DNA from: Octopus vulgaris
Taxonomy: Eukaryota
DNA length: 64,000 nucleotides
Direction: 5' to 3'
Assembly: GCA_951406725.2 (NCBI GenBank)
Contig: OX597833.1
Span: 36,766,001 to 36,830,000, forward strand
This document shows, one piece after another, positions 14,320 to 28,769 of the stretch. A program made the position numbers and the translations under genes. Under the pieces are notes generated by a model. The model did no database searches. It saw nothing but the letters and a program-made list of their open reading frames with translations, and was not told the DNA's origin. The first letter of the stretch is position 1. Every line of letters starts with the position of its first letter.

Positions 14320-14445
14320 TATTCAGTTTTTCTTTGGTCTTATTTTATGAATTTCTCAGTAGTGGACAAAGGGTCGGTTTCTAGCCTAGAATCAACACAC
14401 CTTTGTTTAGAATTTAGTCAACGTGAAACAGTATAGTGTTGTTGA
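14320..14445. repeat. Short interspersed repeat fragment, second copy at ~31300-31410
   Basis: Both share AAAG(G/A)G(T/C)CGGTTTCTA(G/A)CCTAGA...GAATTT. Confidence 0.5.
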
Positions 14446-15554
14446 TATATATATATATATGTGTGTGTGTGTGAGTATGTGTGTATTCATATATATATAT
14501 CAAAAGGATGTGTTATAATACTTTCCACAGCCATACCAACAATCCAACATACCTCCATCATCAGTTGCCCCACGGATATCATTATGGTTTCGACACCTGG
14601 GCAGTACCATTCAATCTGGTGGTGTCAGCAGCACTAAAATAAGTATTATTTGGGAACAAACAAACAAGTCAAAGGAACCACAACTTTCAAACACATTTAC
14701 CCATTGTACAACCGTATCGATTAATATATTCCGTAAGTAAATTACAACCCCTCCTAAATACGTAACAAAACATCGACAATTCTATTAAGTCATAAAAAAT
14801 TATAATCCCTACCGTCTTCTATAGTGTAATATAAAAGTAAAGCTTGATAACGACATTATTTAAATCAATCAATATATAGGCAGGATTAAACACTAACTTT
14901 AATAAAACTGCAACAAAGTAACATTTAAACCAATGTACATTGTATCGGTATTAATACTAAATTACAATAACTAAATTATATGCTAAATTGCGATCCATCT
15001 TTCAGTCCATATAAATAATAATCTTACCGGTCCTCCATAGATATTACTATTATGAAAGTGCAATATGAACGTTGAGGTAGAAAGACGTGCAGATAGACGT
15101 GCTGCAATTGGCTTTCGAGACACTTGCTGCATAGCTACATAGTTTAGTCTTTCTGTCTTAACTTTTGAAAACCAGAGAAATCTGTGGAACGAGTTAAAAA
15201 TTAAAAAAATTTTAAATAAAACTCCTTTTTGTATATTTCTAGCCGTCTAGAATAAAATAACATATTATTCACACACATATACATACAGGAAAATACACAC
15301 ACACGTATGTATGTATGTATGTATGTATGTATGTATGTATGTATGTATGTATGTATGTATGTATGTATATATGTATGTATGTATGTATGCATGTATGTAT
15401 GTACGTATGAATATATGTATGTTTGCATGTATGTATGTATGTATGCGCACCTATATGCTTATACACATGTCATGCCTGTTTATTACATATGTATGTCCAC
15501 ATATATACACGGGCGCAGGCATAGATGTCATTACATAAGTACATCTCATTAGAT

Positions 15555-15823
15555 GCTGAAATTTATGAATGTTTTACATAATATGACAGTATATTTGACA
15601 GCTTGGAGTTGTAATTTTCTCATTGTGTTCTTTAAAGTTTTGTAACTTTCAGTTTTTCAAAATTGGTACCTCTTAGCCAAGGGCTCTAGTACGTATTGGT
15701 AGAAATCTACAGCTGCACATTTCTCATCAGTTCGGTATACCTGTTCTCTTTTGCACTAACATTCGCTGTTATGTTGATATCTGCCGAACAGCTAACTCCA
15801 GTTACTGTGCATAGTTTCTTTTC
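15555..15823 (-). mobile_element. RLE-type (R4/Dong/NeSL-like) non-LTR retrotransposon 3' end remnant
   Basis: Minus strand EKKLCTVTGVSCSADINITANVSAKENRYTELMRNVQL and MRKLQLQAVKYTVILCKTFINF resemble a restriction-like endonuclease C-terminus. Confidence 0.75.
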
Positions 15824-15879
15824 TTTGCTTTGGTCATTATGTATGTATGGGAGAGCAGTGCATGCTATCAAAATAGCAA

Positions 15880-16297
15880 TGGGGTAAAATATACGAAGCC
15901 CAGTATACCCATCATAACAACCAGTCTGTTAACGGTACACTAGGCACATGTATCACAACCATAGGTGCGCGACATGATGAGCTCATATGAAGATAAACAG
16001 CGCATGAACTTGCAGGTCGGGCCCGGTTAGAATTTTCTTCAGGTCGAGTAGCCCATCCCATACAAAAGGTCCTCGAATAAGGGTTTGTTTAAGGATGTTG
16101 AACGAAACACCCACTTTTCCAAAGTTGAATTATCTAAACTCAACCAATTCCTCTTAACACATGGCTATGATGCTCCCCTACTACTTCTGCTCATGATCAG
16201 AGATGCACTTATCGTCAGCCACTAAGGGACATGCTCAACTAGTTACGGTCAAACAACTGACAAGTATACCTGTAGTACTGAGCAGAATATTTGCTGT
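15880..16297. repeat. Probable interspersed repeat, unclassified
   Basis: Higher-GC block with sharp edges, no ORF, one end in (TATG)n. It occurs once in the window, so repeat status is not shown here. Confidence 0.35.
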
Positions 16298-16454
16298 ATG
16301 TATGTATGTATGTATGTATGTATGTATGTATGTATGTATGTATGTATGTATGTATGTATGCATGTATGTATGTATGTATATATGTGTGTGTGTGTGTATG
16401 TATGTGTGTATGTGTTTTGTGGTTGTGTGTGTGCGTGCGTGTTCGTGTGTGTGT

Positions 16455-16528
<74 letters not shown>

Positions 16529-16869
16529 AAATTGTTGCAGGTCTTAAATATATCCAGATGAGCATGTCCATAGCCAAATAGGCAAAATATGAAAGAATAT
16601 ATTGTTTCAGAAAATAATAACTGATTGGACTAAAAAAAGAAAAAAATGAAAAATAGTTCTAAGAATGATATGACAAAATAATTGAACAGATAGATAGACA
16701 TGATATCATATCAATTATTACATGATTATGTATTTGCTATTATTGTTGCATAAAAGTATGCGTCAGCAAACGAATTTTGTATATTTTTAGAGTGTATATA
16801 TATATATACATATATACACACATATACATATATACATGCACACTAATACATACATATACATATACATAC

Positions 16870-16910
<41 letters not shown>

Positions 16911-16913
<3 letters not shown>

Positions 16914-17456
16914 GGTTATTCAAAACGAAAGAGCAGATTTCAAATTTATTTATAAAACAAACGGTAAGAGACGAGACACAAACACATTTACATATTTTTT
17001 TGATAGGGGAAGGTTTAAAGTTTGTAGCTGAACATGATCACTTGAATAAAGCCTTAAATAAAATTATATTTTAATTTTGTTTTAATGTTTCATTTTGTTC
17101 ATTTTATTTTAAGTTGTATGTATAATTTCCATTTGTGTAATCCCTTAGAAAATGGCGACGCCACAAGAAAAGTCTTTTTGTGTGCTGCAGGTTGAGAAAT
17201 GCGAATCCGTTGTGCAAGTACAACCCCAATTCAATAAAAATCCACCTCATAACAAGCAAATTTACGAATGGCATATAAATTTTAAAAAAAAGGTTTCGAT
17301 GTTTGTCGAGCAACACATGGTACTCATGTTGAGTGCATACTACCTTAAAATATACTTTAAACCTACCCCTATCGGGAAATATGCAGAATGTGTTTGTGTC
17401 TCTTACCGTTTGTTTTAAAAATAAATTTAAAATCAGCTCTTTCTTTTTGAATAACC

Positions 17457-17459
<3 letters not shown>
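16911..17459 (+). mobile_element. Internally deleted Tc1/mariner-superfamily element with ~120-bp TIRs
   Basis: TA|CAGGGTTATTCAAAA ... TTTTGAATAACCCTG|TA. N-terminal HTH MATPQEKSFCVLQ...PPHNKQIYEWH is joined to C-terminal FDVCRATHGTHVE. Confidence 0.9.
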
Positions 17460-17490
<31 letters not shown>

Positions 17491-18218
17491 CATGATGTGT
17501 TTCGAAGTGTGAATACTCACTAATGTTAAGCGCGAATACGTCAGAAAGAATGCTGCATAAATAATGTATGTGTTTTTGTATACGTTATTTTTTCTTTTTG
17601 AATATATTTATACGTTATACATGAAAACAGGTAATTGAGGAATCACTCAATGTACTTAGAGTACCAAATGTAATTTTACAATGAAGAGTTAAGAGTAACT
17701 TTGTAGTTTTGCCATGACACTGACAGATGAAAAAAAATCTGTGAAATATCCAAGTTACTATCAACGTTTCCTTGTATATATCAATATTTCTTAGCCTGCT
17801 TGGCTATGAATTGTCATGCTTTTGGCAGTATCATTAATACTTTTTTATTTCCTTCTTCGATTGAAGTTTATTATTTATTTATTTATCTATTTATTTATTT
17901 ATTTTTATCATTAAGTTATCCGTAATTACTTCTCCACTTCCGAAGACATTTCTACAATTATAAACTTTTATTTATTTTCGACTTACCTTTTTGTCTACTT
18001 TCTCCTTTTCTTTCTCATTCTAATTTTTATATGGTTTTCTGTAGTTTTGCTTATGCAGTCTACTATATATAGGGACAAATTTGAAATTACCGATGTATTT
18101 CGCTCGCAAATGACTGAAGATAATGGATATTTGCATAACAACTTGTTACGTAACCACATGAAAGATAAGTATTAAAATGCATCCGAAACATCAATTATTA
18201 CTTTTGATATAATTCAAA

Positions 18219-18440
<222 letters not shown>

Positions 18441-18451
18441 TGCGCGCGCAT

Positions 18452-18501
<50 letters not shown>

Positions 18502-19244
18502 ACACACATACACACATGCGCGCAGACAGGAGGAAATATTAGAATCAGAACGTGCTTGAAGCCCTTAGGCGTAACCGGCTTTTTCTGATAAATCGATGGA
18601 ACTAATCATTTCCTTTACAGTATTTTTTTGTTTGTTTATTTGTTTCTTATATCAATTCATTTAATCCAGCAAGCGATAACTGTTATATCAGAAATGACGT
18701 CTGGAGTCAGAGTGTTTTTAAGCAGAAATGCAAATAATCTAGTTTCTTCCCAGTTTCTTTTTACCTTTTTTTTTTTATATCATTTGCCCTAAAAAAAATT
18801 AACTGGAAATTCTGTCTGGAGATTTCTTTTCTGCTTTATTTATTTTATTTCAGTTCTTTAACATTTTTGCACTTTTTTTCCTTTTCCTTCTCTTCCTTCT
18901 TTAATTGATAATAATGTTTGTTTCATAATGCTGGCGTTAAGATAACTGCATGCAATGTCTGCATGAATAACATTATAATATTCCTCGTCGGATCGATTTA
19001 GAATTATTGATTTCGGTAGCAGCATTCCTTCTTACTTGCTTCCATTAATATTTTTGTCGCTATTTTTTTTTCCTCTTTCACGGTCCCTCTTATTGACAAA
19101 TCTTCGTTCATCTTTTTATCTTTCTCCCGCTTTTGCTCCTTCACCTCCTTCCTTTAGCAACCTTTTCTTTATTATTTCTTCCTTCTTTTTCTTCCTCTGC
19201 CTCATGCCTCTTTTCCTTCCTCCTTTTATTTGCTATTCGTTCAC

Positions 19245-19286
<42 letters not shown>

Positions 19287-19409
19287 ACACATACACACAC
19301 ACAAACACTTACGTTTATATATTTATATATATAAATATATGCGCACGCATATGTATGTGCATGTATGTATATATGTATGTATGTATGTATGTATATACAT
19401 GTATATGTG

Positions 19410-19464
<55 letters not shown>

Positions 19465-19844
19465 TTGTATATGTGTATATGTATGTGTATATATGTATGT
19501 ATGTAATTCTCAAACAGTGTGCTACAATAGACATCTAAGATGAGCCGTGAATTTTTTTAAATATGAGGTTTTATAAAATCCATATCAATGAATGAGTATC
19601 TTCCAAAATGTGTTATTTAAAATTTTGCTATGCGCAAGTTTGATGAATATTAATAAAACACAAAACAAAAACAGGCAAGTAAAAGTTCGGTATGGTTTTT
19701 CTAAATAATATGCTGGAAGGGTTTTTTTTTATTTGATTTTCCCTGCGAAGTGTGCCACTATTTTTTTTTACTTTGATCTCTGGGATGCTACAAAGTTAAG
19801 ATGATTGAGTACCAGTGACATGTTTGCAGGTGCGTGACGCAAAA

Positions 19845-19990
19845 GTGGCCAATCGGTTAAAATATTCGACTCATGATCATAATGTTGTGGGTTCAATTCC
19901 TGAAACCCTGGAGGGAAACATTATATCCTTAAACAATACAATTCCTTTGATGTTGTTCCTATCTACTCAACAGTAATGAGTACCAGCTGG
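19845..19990 (+). mobile_element. Old tRNA-derived SINE (third family)
   Basis: A-box-like GTGGCCAATCGGTTAA, B-box GGGTTCAATTCC, ending AATGAGTACCAG. It is too degenerate to be a tRNA gene. Confidence 0.5.
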
Positions 19991-20332
19991 TTTCGTGGGC
20001 AGCTCACTCCCCATATCACTCACACACACACACACACACTCTCTCTCTCCCTCTCTCTCTCTCTTTCTCTCTCTCTTTTTCTCCTCTCACTCTCTCCATC
20101 TCTTACTGCTGGACAAATATCACATTAACTTCTTTGCAATAAAATTCATTAATCGAAACATGACCATTTTGTTTGAAACGTTCATGCAGACGGAAACTTA
20201 TGGTCATCTGTGTTAAATCCATATATTTTTATATATACATTATAAACAGTCTATAAGTGTGTATATGTAATTTATATGTGCATAGATGCATATATGTATG
20301 TGTATATATATATATGTGTGTGTATATATATA

Positions 20333-21332
<1,000 letters not shown>

Positions 21333-21399
21333 TATATATATATCCATACATAACAGACGCACGAACATAGTCACGAAAATTTTAGAAAAAATAAATAAA

Positions 21400-21560
21400 T
21401 GTGTAGTAAGTAGCTTGCTTACCAGCCACATAGTTCCGGGTCCAGTCCCACTGCGTGGCATCTTGGGCAAGTGTCTTCTACTATTGCCTCGGGCCGACCA
21501 AAGCCTTGTGAGTTGATTTGGTAGACGGAAACTAAAAAAAGCCCGTCGTATATATATATG

Positions 21561-21591
<31 letters not shown>

Positions 21592-21812
21592 ACGTTTGTG
21601 TGTCTGTGTTTGTCCCCCCACCATTGCTTGACAACCGATGTTGGTGTGTTTACGTCCCCATAAGTTAGCGGTTCGGCATAGAGACCGATAGAATAAGTAC
21701 TATGCTTACAAAGAATAAGTTCTGAGGTCGATTTGTTCGACTAAATGCGGTGCTCCAGCGTGGCCACAGTCAAATGACCGAAACAAATAAAAGAATAAAA
21801 GAAAGAAAAGAA
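21400..21812 (+). mobile_element. CORE-type SINE (5'-truncated)
   Basis: Head, CORE-like GCATCTTGGGCAAGTGTCTT, internal (TA)(TG) repeat and 3' half. AAATGTGT occurs on both flanks (probable TSD). Confidence 0.9.
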
Positions 21813-22204
21813 TAGTAAAATGTGTGGAAATCAAACCAGTGAGTGTGTCAATTAATAAGGTATTAAAACAGAATGGCTCTTCCCAGACACATTAAAATAT
21901 GATTCGACACATGAATTCACATAAAGAATCTTCCAAACCAAATACAAAAACGAAATATATGTATACACATTTCAACGACTACTGAAAAAGTTGCAAGTCA
22001 CAACGAAAATTTTAGTAAAAATTAACTAAATGAGTGGAAATCAGACCGGTGAGTGTGTTAAATTAATAAGGCACTAAAATAGAGTGACTCTCCCTAGACA
22101 CAATAAAATATACATATACATATATCTACAAACACACAATAACACAGAAATACACACTCACAAACTCACACACACGCCCACGTGCGAGTGCGTGCGCACA
22201 TACA

Positions 22205-22670
22205 CTTGTTCCCAACCACATTGTTCCGGGTTCAGTTCCATTGCGTGACACCTTGAGCAATTGTCTTTTACTATAGCTTCTGGCCGACCAAATCCTAGTC
22301 GGAAACTGAAAGAAACTCGCCGTATATATATGTGTGTATGTGAGTGTGTGTGTGTGTGTGTGTGTGAATGCGCGCGTGTGTGTGTGTGTGTGTGTATGTG
22401 TGTGTGTGTGTGCGTGTGCGTCCGTGTGTGTGCGTGAGCGTGCGTATGTGTGTCTGTTTGTTTGTACGTATCTTTGTGTCCATATTCGACCCTACCAGCG
22501 CTTGACAACCGGTGTCCGCATGTTTACATCCCCGTAACCTAACGGCTCGGCAAAAGAGACCAACATAATAAGTATTAGACTTCAAAATAAGTACTGGGGT
22601 CGACTAAAAATTCTTCAAGGCAGTGCACCAGCATGGCCGCAGTCTAATTATTGAAACAAGTAAAAGATAT
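22205..22670 (+). mobile_element. CORE-type SINE, degenerate, expanded internal microsatellite
   Basis: Same two halves as 40493-40866. Confidence 0.85.
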
Positions 22671-22729
22671 AACTATATATCCCAATATTCCACACAGTTG
22701 TTGCTAAAAAAAAAAGGAAAGAAACAATT

Positions 22730-24020
22730 TAGGCTTGTCTATGCAGTAACTCTGCCGAGCTGATGATAGTCAATACAAAGACTACTTCTATCAGACACTA
22801 GACTGGACACTGTCTAACATACTCGAAAAAGACAAAAATCATCCTAATGCGTAATTTTAATACAAGAGTGGGGAGAAATATTAAAATATGAAATCGAGTG
22901 ATCAGGAGTCATATTGGGAAAACTTACAGCAATGGCATTAGACTTTTGTTTGTGGAGCGCGACTCCACCATTAAGAACATCATCTTCCAGTAGATAAACA
23001 AAGATAAACAAACATAAGGCTTCATAGGTATATCCAGATCCAAACACTGGTATATTGCTGACAAGATGATGGTCAGTAAGATGTTTTGCTTATCAGTACA
23101 ATGGAGGGAGCAGATCATTAGATAGACGATTGCATGCTAGTAACAAATGCCAGATTACAAGTGTGTTCCTTACGACGCTAAGTAGCTCAAAACATTGATT
23201 CCCGAGCTATCAGATAGAAAGCATCGTGGACACTCGTTGCCTCGAAAGTGACATAAATAACACTATTTTACTGTCGCTGAAACCATCGGATTCAAGATGA
23301 GTTATAAGACTGGTTTAAGAGAATTATAGCGCATTCGATAGGTTCCTGAATAACATGCATCTGGCTCACATTCTTTACTACACATATTAAAAATGTGTGA
23401 CAAGCTCTTCGGAATTAAGCTTATTCCACAATTCGTACTCTGAAGAAAAATGGACGCTGTATTGCAAAAGGTCGAGAAACTGCATACAAACAAGCATGGT
23501 ATACACAAATTCTATGATGCAGACCAGTCCTCAGGAGTGGGAATCCGACATAATTCGTACCTTTTTTTTCGACATGGGAAGGCTGTGAATCACTGCCCAG
23601 CACAGATCTGAACAAATTGAGCTATAATTAGCTGATAACAGTGCCCTGGTGACATACACGCTGGAAGCACTGAGGCAAACATTTCAGTAGCTGTTACAGC
23701 TTTATAAAAGAATGTGCGTGGACAGTTAACGTCCAAACAACGTGGTTTAGCACTCAGTCGTACACTGTATCGCCCTTTTCCCTCTCTACCTTTACATTAC
23801 AACAGCAACAACTAGCTGCACTTCATAACTCAGATACCTAGGCAGTATCATTTTCACAATAGACGAGGAAATTTTAAACAGCTTCCGACAGGCCTGTGTA
23901 TCTATTGATATCTTAGAAATAGAAATTTTCTTAACAAATATCTCGGACTCCATATCAAGGTCCACGTCTACAAGGCATTCTGTATTTCAGCGTTCATATG
24001 TGTGCAAGATGAGGAGCTAA
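22730..24020 (+). mobile_element. RTE-clade LINE remnant (APE endonuclease and RT fragments)
   Basis: KDKIILMRNFNTRVG, IGKTYSNGIRLL...SRSKHWYIADK, *DWF, IEL*LADNSALV, RYLGSIIF-TIDEEI and IKVHVYKA occur in the correct order, with stops and deletions. Confidence 0.85.
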
Positions 24021-24074
24021 GACATTAAAATCCTCAAACTATTTTAATGATTACTATCTCCAGAATATCCAGAA

Positions 24075-24176
24075 GGGCCCGGATCCATAGTAGACAACAC
24101 TTGTCCGAGGTGTCATGCAGTGGAACTGAACCCGGAACCATGTGGTTGGGAAGCGAACTTCTTACCACACGGCCAT
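24075..24176 (-). mobile_element. CORE-type SINE head fragment
   Basis: GCAGTGGAACTGAACCCGGAACCATGTGGTTGGGAAGCGAACTTCTTACCACAC is the reverse complement of the head. Confidence 0.8.
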
Positions 24177-24321
24177 AATATGCATATTCATATATGAGTG
24201 TCTGTGCTGAGTTGACTAAAAACCGCACTCACATAATCATATATAATATTACTCCTACTGAAGGCTTCTTTACTACAGTTTTTTTTTAGTCAAATTCCGA
24301 AAATATTTGTAAAAAAATGCT

Positions 24322-24675
24322 CACATCAAGGTTTACAACAACCAAATACATACACAGGCATCTATGTACGTACATACATTTTTCTACACAATACAGCTAT
24401 GAAGATAAACAGCTGATTAATGAATGATATAAATCCAAATATTCAAATATTTTCAGTTCCATTTTTTTTTCCAAAAAGTTTCTTGATGCACTCAAAGACA
24501 TCAGTGAAGTTTCACTAAATTTTATATCTGAACGTATACACACATCAAGGTAAACAACAGGCAAATACATACACAGGCATTTATGTACTTAAATGCATTT
24601 TTCTACACAATACATCTACGAAGATAAACAGCTGATTAATGAATGATATAACTCCAAATATTCAAATATTTTTAG
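24322..24675. repeat. Direct repeat of ~135 bp (24322-24457, 24541-24675)
   Basis: CACATCAAGGT...GAAGATAAACAGCTGATTAATGAATGATATAA...CAAATATTTT occurs twice, period 219. Confidence 0.9.
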
Positions 24676-24849
24676 CTTTTGAATAAGTAAAAATGAAATA
24701 AAATATTAAGTTTAACGAATAAATTGCACTAATTGGCGATCAATCAATTTTCTTATATAACAGTTTTTTATATAGAACAAAAAATGAGCGGTATTTTTCG
24801 ACTTTTGCGTAACTCACTTGATTTGACACTACATGTCCATTGTTTATTC

Positions 24850-24975
24850 TTTAATTTGGAAAGGGAAATTGTAAACTCTTATATTCCGAAGATAATGTTT
24901 AGAATCAGGATGGTCTCCGAGCAGCAGGGACTTCAAAGGTTCGGTACCGACTTGCAAATGAGGCAAGTTATTTAC
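24850..24975 (-). mobile_element. Helitron Rep/helicase N-terminal fragment
   Basis: LPHLQVGTEPLKSLLLGDHPDSKHYLRNIRVYNFPFQI matches the Helitron motif PEPL..LL.G....S.HFL.NIR.YN..FQM. Confidence 0.75.
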
Positions 24976-25405
24976 TCCTCGCGATAGGCTATGATAAACT
25001 TCCAACAAATGTCCGTTGTTAAAGTCAAGAATTTTTTTCATTTCAATGCACAGCTTCCCAGATGCCTCAGGTAATTTCATACTGCAATTAACCATGTTTC
25101 TTACAGATTGCCCTCATATCCATAGAAATGTCGTGTATGCTTTTTGTATAGATTCTTCAGCATCCAGTCAACTAACGGCATTCCGAACGATAATTTTCCA
25201 TATTTTCACATTTTACTGCCCGATATCTGCAAAAGAACATGTTCCTTTTTGAATACCAGCTCATTTTTGATTTAACGTCTCGACTCCGTCAAATAATCCT
25301 CAATTTTAAGCATAGACAGAAGCGGAAATACACTATTTTAGACTATCACTAACTTACACCTTCCAATGGGCAGCAGGGGATTACTGGTATATATATATAT
25401 ATATA

Positions 25406-25645
25406 TATAATTTAGGGTATATAAGAGATACCACCATGCTGGAAATAGCAGACAAAACTTGACTCTAAAGCCACATTGAATGTGGCTTTAGAGTCAAGTT
25501 TTGGCTGCTATTTCCAGCGTGGTAGTATCTCTTAGATACCTTCAATTATAATTTTAATAATAATTACTACCTTTGAAGGTTTTATTCCCATGCTTGGCCA
25601 ATGAATAAGATCGATGTTTAAATTAACGATCTTATCCTTATTTAT
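25406..25645 (+). mobile_element. Fold-back short element (family E) in (TA)n
   Basis: 72-bp arms 25406-25477/25479-25550 with a 1-nt centre and about 6 mismatches, then a ~95-bp unique tail ending in TA repeats. Confidence 0.6.
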
Positions 25646-26399
25646 ATAAATATATGTGTGTGTGTGTGTGTGTATGTATGTATATATATATATTCTACAT
25701 ACCATATATGTTATTTTTCCAAAGCGGTCCTTTCTATAGAGAATACATTTTGTATCTTCGAATCTTATATAATGATGTTTTATTTTTTCCAGGTTGGCAT
25801 AAAACAAAATAGTGAGCATAACAGCTGTCATGTTAGACCAATGGTAAGTTGTTCTCTATAATTCATTTTCTTTAATTTCCCTCTATATTTTTTGACCTCC
25901 TAAACAGCACTTTTCTGTATTATTAATGACACGTCTTGAATTTTATTCTGCAAAATTGTGTCTTTATTTGATAAGCAAAAACATAGTCATTTGTGATGAA
26001 ATAATTATATTCACCGTATCAGGAATGTAATGCATGGGTGGAGATGGAAGAATGTCTAAATGAGAAAGGTAGAGAGATGGAGCGATGCTTACGTCAAACG
26101 AAATACAGAAATAGGTATTGATTTTGAAGGCAAAAATCAACAACAATCGCAACAACGGCGACAATAGCAACAACAACGAGACTAAAACGAAAAGTTTGTT
26201 TACGGCTATAACTTGTAGTGAATAAGATCGTAATGAAGAATATGTTAAAAACTATAAATGTAAAATCATACGCCCGGGATTCATGAAACATCAACTCACA
26301 GAGGTAGAAAGCACTTACACAACACACACAAAGAAAAAAATGTTTAAAAATGCAAAAACACAAACAAAAAAGTACACTGTCTTAGTCTAGTAAAAATTG

Positions 26400-28720
26400 A
26401 AAAATGCTTGCAGGAAGTGTGCTCTACTGTGGAATATAAACAAGAGACGAGCAATAGGGAACAGTTATTGTTGTTTGGAATAGCGAAGCGGAATCTAAAA
26501 GTACGACTACTACCAATTATTTATGCCACTAGTTTGTCATGATACCACTATCCTTGGAAAGAGGGATGATGGAAATACAGGTCACCAACGAGCTACCCAA
26601 CAGTGAGCAATCCACTCTGGATTGCTATGATGGAGGAGCACGGAGAGGTTATAACACAGAAGTCCACTCCTTAGCAGAATAAAACGGACATGACTGAAGT
26701 TCTAGGTTATTGTGGTACCTAATGACTTAGCTCACATCCCGGACCACTTCCAGTTCGTAGAGTGTGAGCAAACGCCTAATGTAGTGAAAGGGAGAAAGCC
26801 AAAGTGTTGCATCTGTGACAAAAAGAACCGTTTCAACGTTTTCTGCCCTATAGGGAAAAATAGTCGAGTATGTAAGATCATCGCTTCTATCAACACCCTA
26901 ACGTCTAAGACTAAATCGACTGAAGCAGTGACAGCAAGAAAATGAAGCAAGAAAGGCTTTCCTGCACACATATGCAAAGGATTCAAATGCAAATCTTCCC
27001 ACTGGTACCACCTCAATGATCACCAATACGAACAACATCAACCAAAACAAGAACGACAACGATAACAACATCAAGACCAACATGTTCGAATAAAACCTAC
27101 CGATGAAACAAAGACCATCACTCTCTACACCATCCAATTCTTAGATGTAGAGGAGGCAAGCAAAATGAAAACGTTTGTCTGGAACATTGTAGATAGTTCA
27201 TCCACAAGGAAGAGATCGGAGAGATAAAACTGCTGATTTGGCCCCGAAAACCAAAAAGGTCGACAGCACCAAGTCAAGCAACGCCCCAAAAGACACAACC
27301 AAACAGTCAAACCAGCCGATAACAACAACAATGACAACAGCAACAACTACTATAGAATCGCAAACAACACCATCAGAAAAAGATTCTACAAGGACAACAA
27401 GTGACCCGTCAACAACACCGAGAACAGGAATGACAACATCTGAAACAGGAAAGGCAACATCAAGCACAGCAAGAGACAGCAAGATCATTAGCAACAAGAG
27501 TAGAAACACCAAGAAAAAAAAGCAGAAAGAAGAGCTGAAAACTTCATAAACATAGCAACAACGATAACAACTCACTATCGAACCTCTTAATTACATTTCA
27601 CCGAAAGCATAACGTGAAGTCAATAGAGTACATACATTCCACTAAAGACAACATTTTACCTCAGGTGAGGGCATCGTAGAGATAACTATATTTAAAAATC
27701 TCACAAAGAAGACTTTTATTCAGAGCCACACCAGAACTGTAACGCTCTCTCGGAGAGTTTGTTCCAAATGACGTAGGGAATGTTAAACATATATATAGGC
27801 AGATTTTGGATAGCCCTTACAAAGGTCTCTAAATACAAGACCAGGGTAAGTGAAATTCTCCTTCATTTTTCTTTTTGTATTCTTCTACTTAATGAATGTA
27901 AGCAGTATAAATATGATTGACTTGTTGTCGGCATAGAAGCAGGGAGACCTGTTAAAGTCCTCAGGTCACTGTGTCTCGATGTAGTAACCATTAGCGATAC
28001 CAGGATTTCCGGGGCGAAACCACTCGACTTCTTCCTGGGATACAATGAAGCTTACGCTTCTCTGCCGACCTAGATGGAATGACTTAGCGGTGCTGGTTCG
28101 GAAACGTTCGCTTCTAAATATAAACACCGTTTTCTTAGACCAGGACTGTAGATCGGTGGACCTGGCCGCAAACAGTAGGAAAAACGACAGTAGAGCCATC
28201 AGAGTAGTGGCCGTTGCGCTCCAACAGTAGCAAGTAGGACATATTTGTTTAAACATCTTACTCATTAGCATTAGTAGGTTACTAGAATGCTATCTTGGAT
28301 ACTCACAGCAAATGTGTTAAAGCAGCCGACTGAGAAGAGCAAAAGTCTTATAAACCTACTCAGACACTTCTAACTCTGACATATTTCACCTAGATTTCCC
28401 GAATACGCCAATATGGACCTGGTATAATCGCAGTGGATCATTGACACAGGTATTTAGAAAGAATTTTCTTTAGATTAACATAAAAAATAGCATAAGTTGT
28501 CCACAGTTTCTGGTAGCTGGGCTACACGGATCACAAACTACAATCAACTTAAATCAGTCCAATACATAGAAATCAGGCAAATAGAAGCTGATCACGTACT
28601 TTCATGTGCAGAAAAATTTCAGAGACCTACTTACCAAAACTAGCTAATCGGAAGTTGACGGGTGCAGTCATCAACAATAGTTGGTGGGTCATGAGCTAAA
28701 GAGAAAAATAGAATAGCTTC
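26400..28720 (+). mobile_element. L1/Tx1-like LINE 5' remnant: ORF1 zinc-knuckle region, T/S-rich linker, APE endonuclease
   Basis: HIPDHF...VKGRKPKCCICDKKNRFNVFCP; LDVVTISDTRI; LAVLVRK...VFLDQDCRSVDL...IRVVAV; NAILD; PIWTWYNRSGS; YTDHKL; LTGAVINNSWW. Many frameshifts. Confidence 0.8.
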
Positions 28721-28769
28721 GTCTCTATTTAATTTAATTGATAACAAAATACAGAGAAAATATGCATAT

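Noticed and set aside
14575-14640. Minus-strand CTGCTGA-CACC...GGTGTC-GAAA
   Set aside because: Core mismatch overlapping stem II; no stem I or convincing stem III.
19845-19905. tRNA gene
   Set aside because: A/B boxes are present but there is no intact cloverleaf, and it continues into SINE-like sequence.
25030-25260. Possible Tc1 transposase C-terminus on minus strand
   Set aside because: Only vague similarity (KIWKIIVR...MVNCSM...CIEMK), with no TIR found.
27238-27549. T/S/K-rich 103-aa ORF as a mucin-like gene
   Set aside because: Lies between LINE ORF1 knuckle and endonuclease remnants, so it is part of the element.
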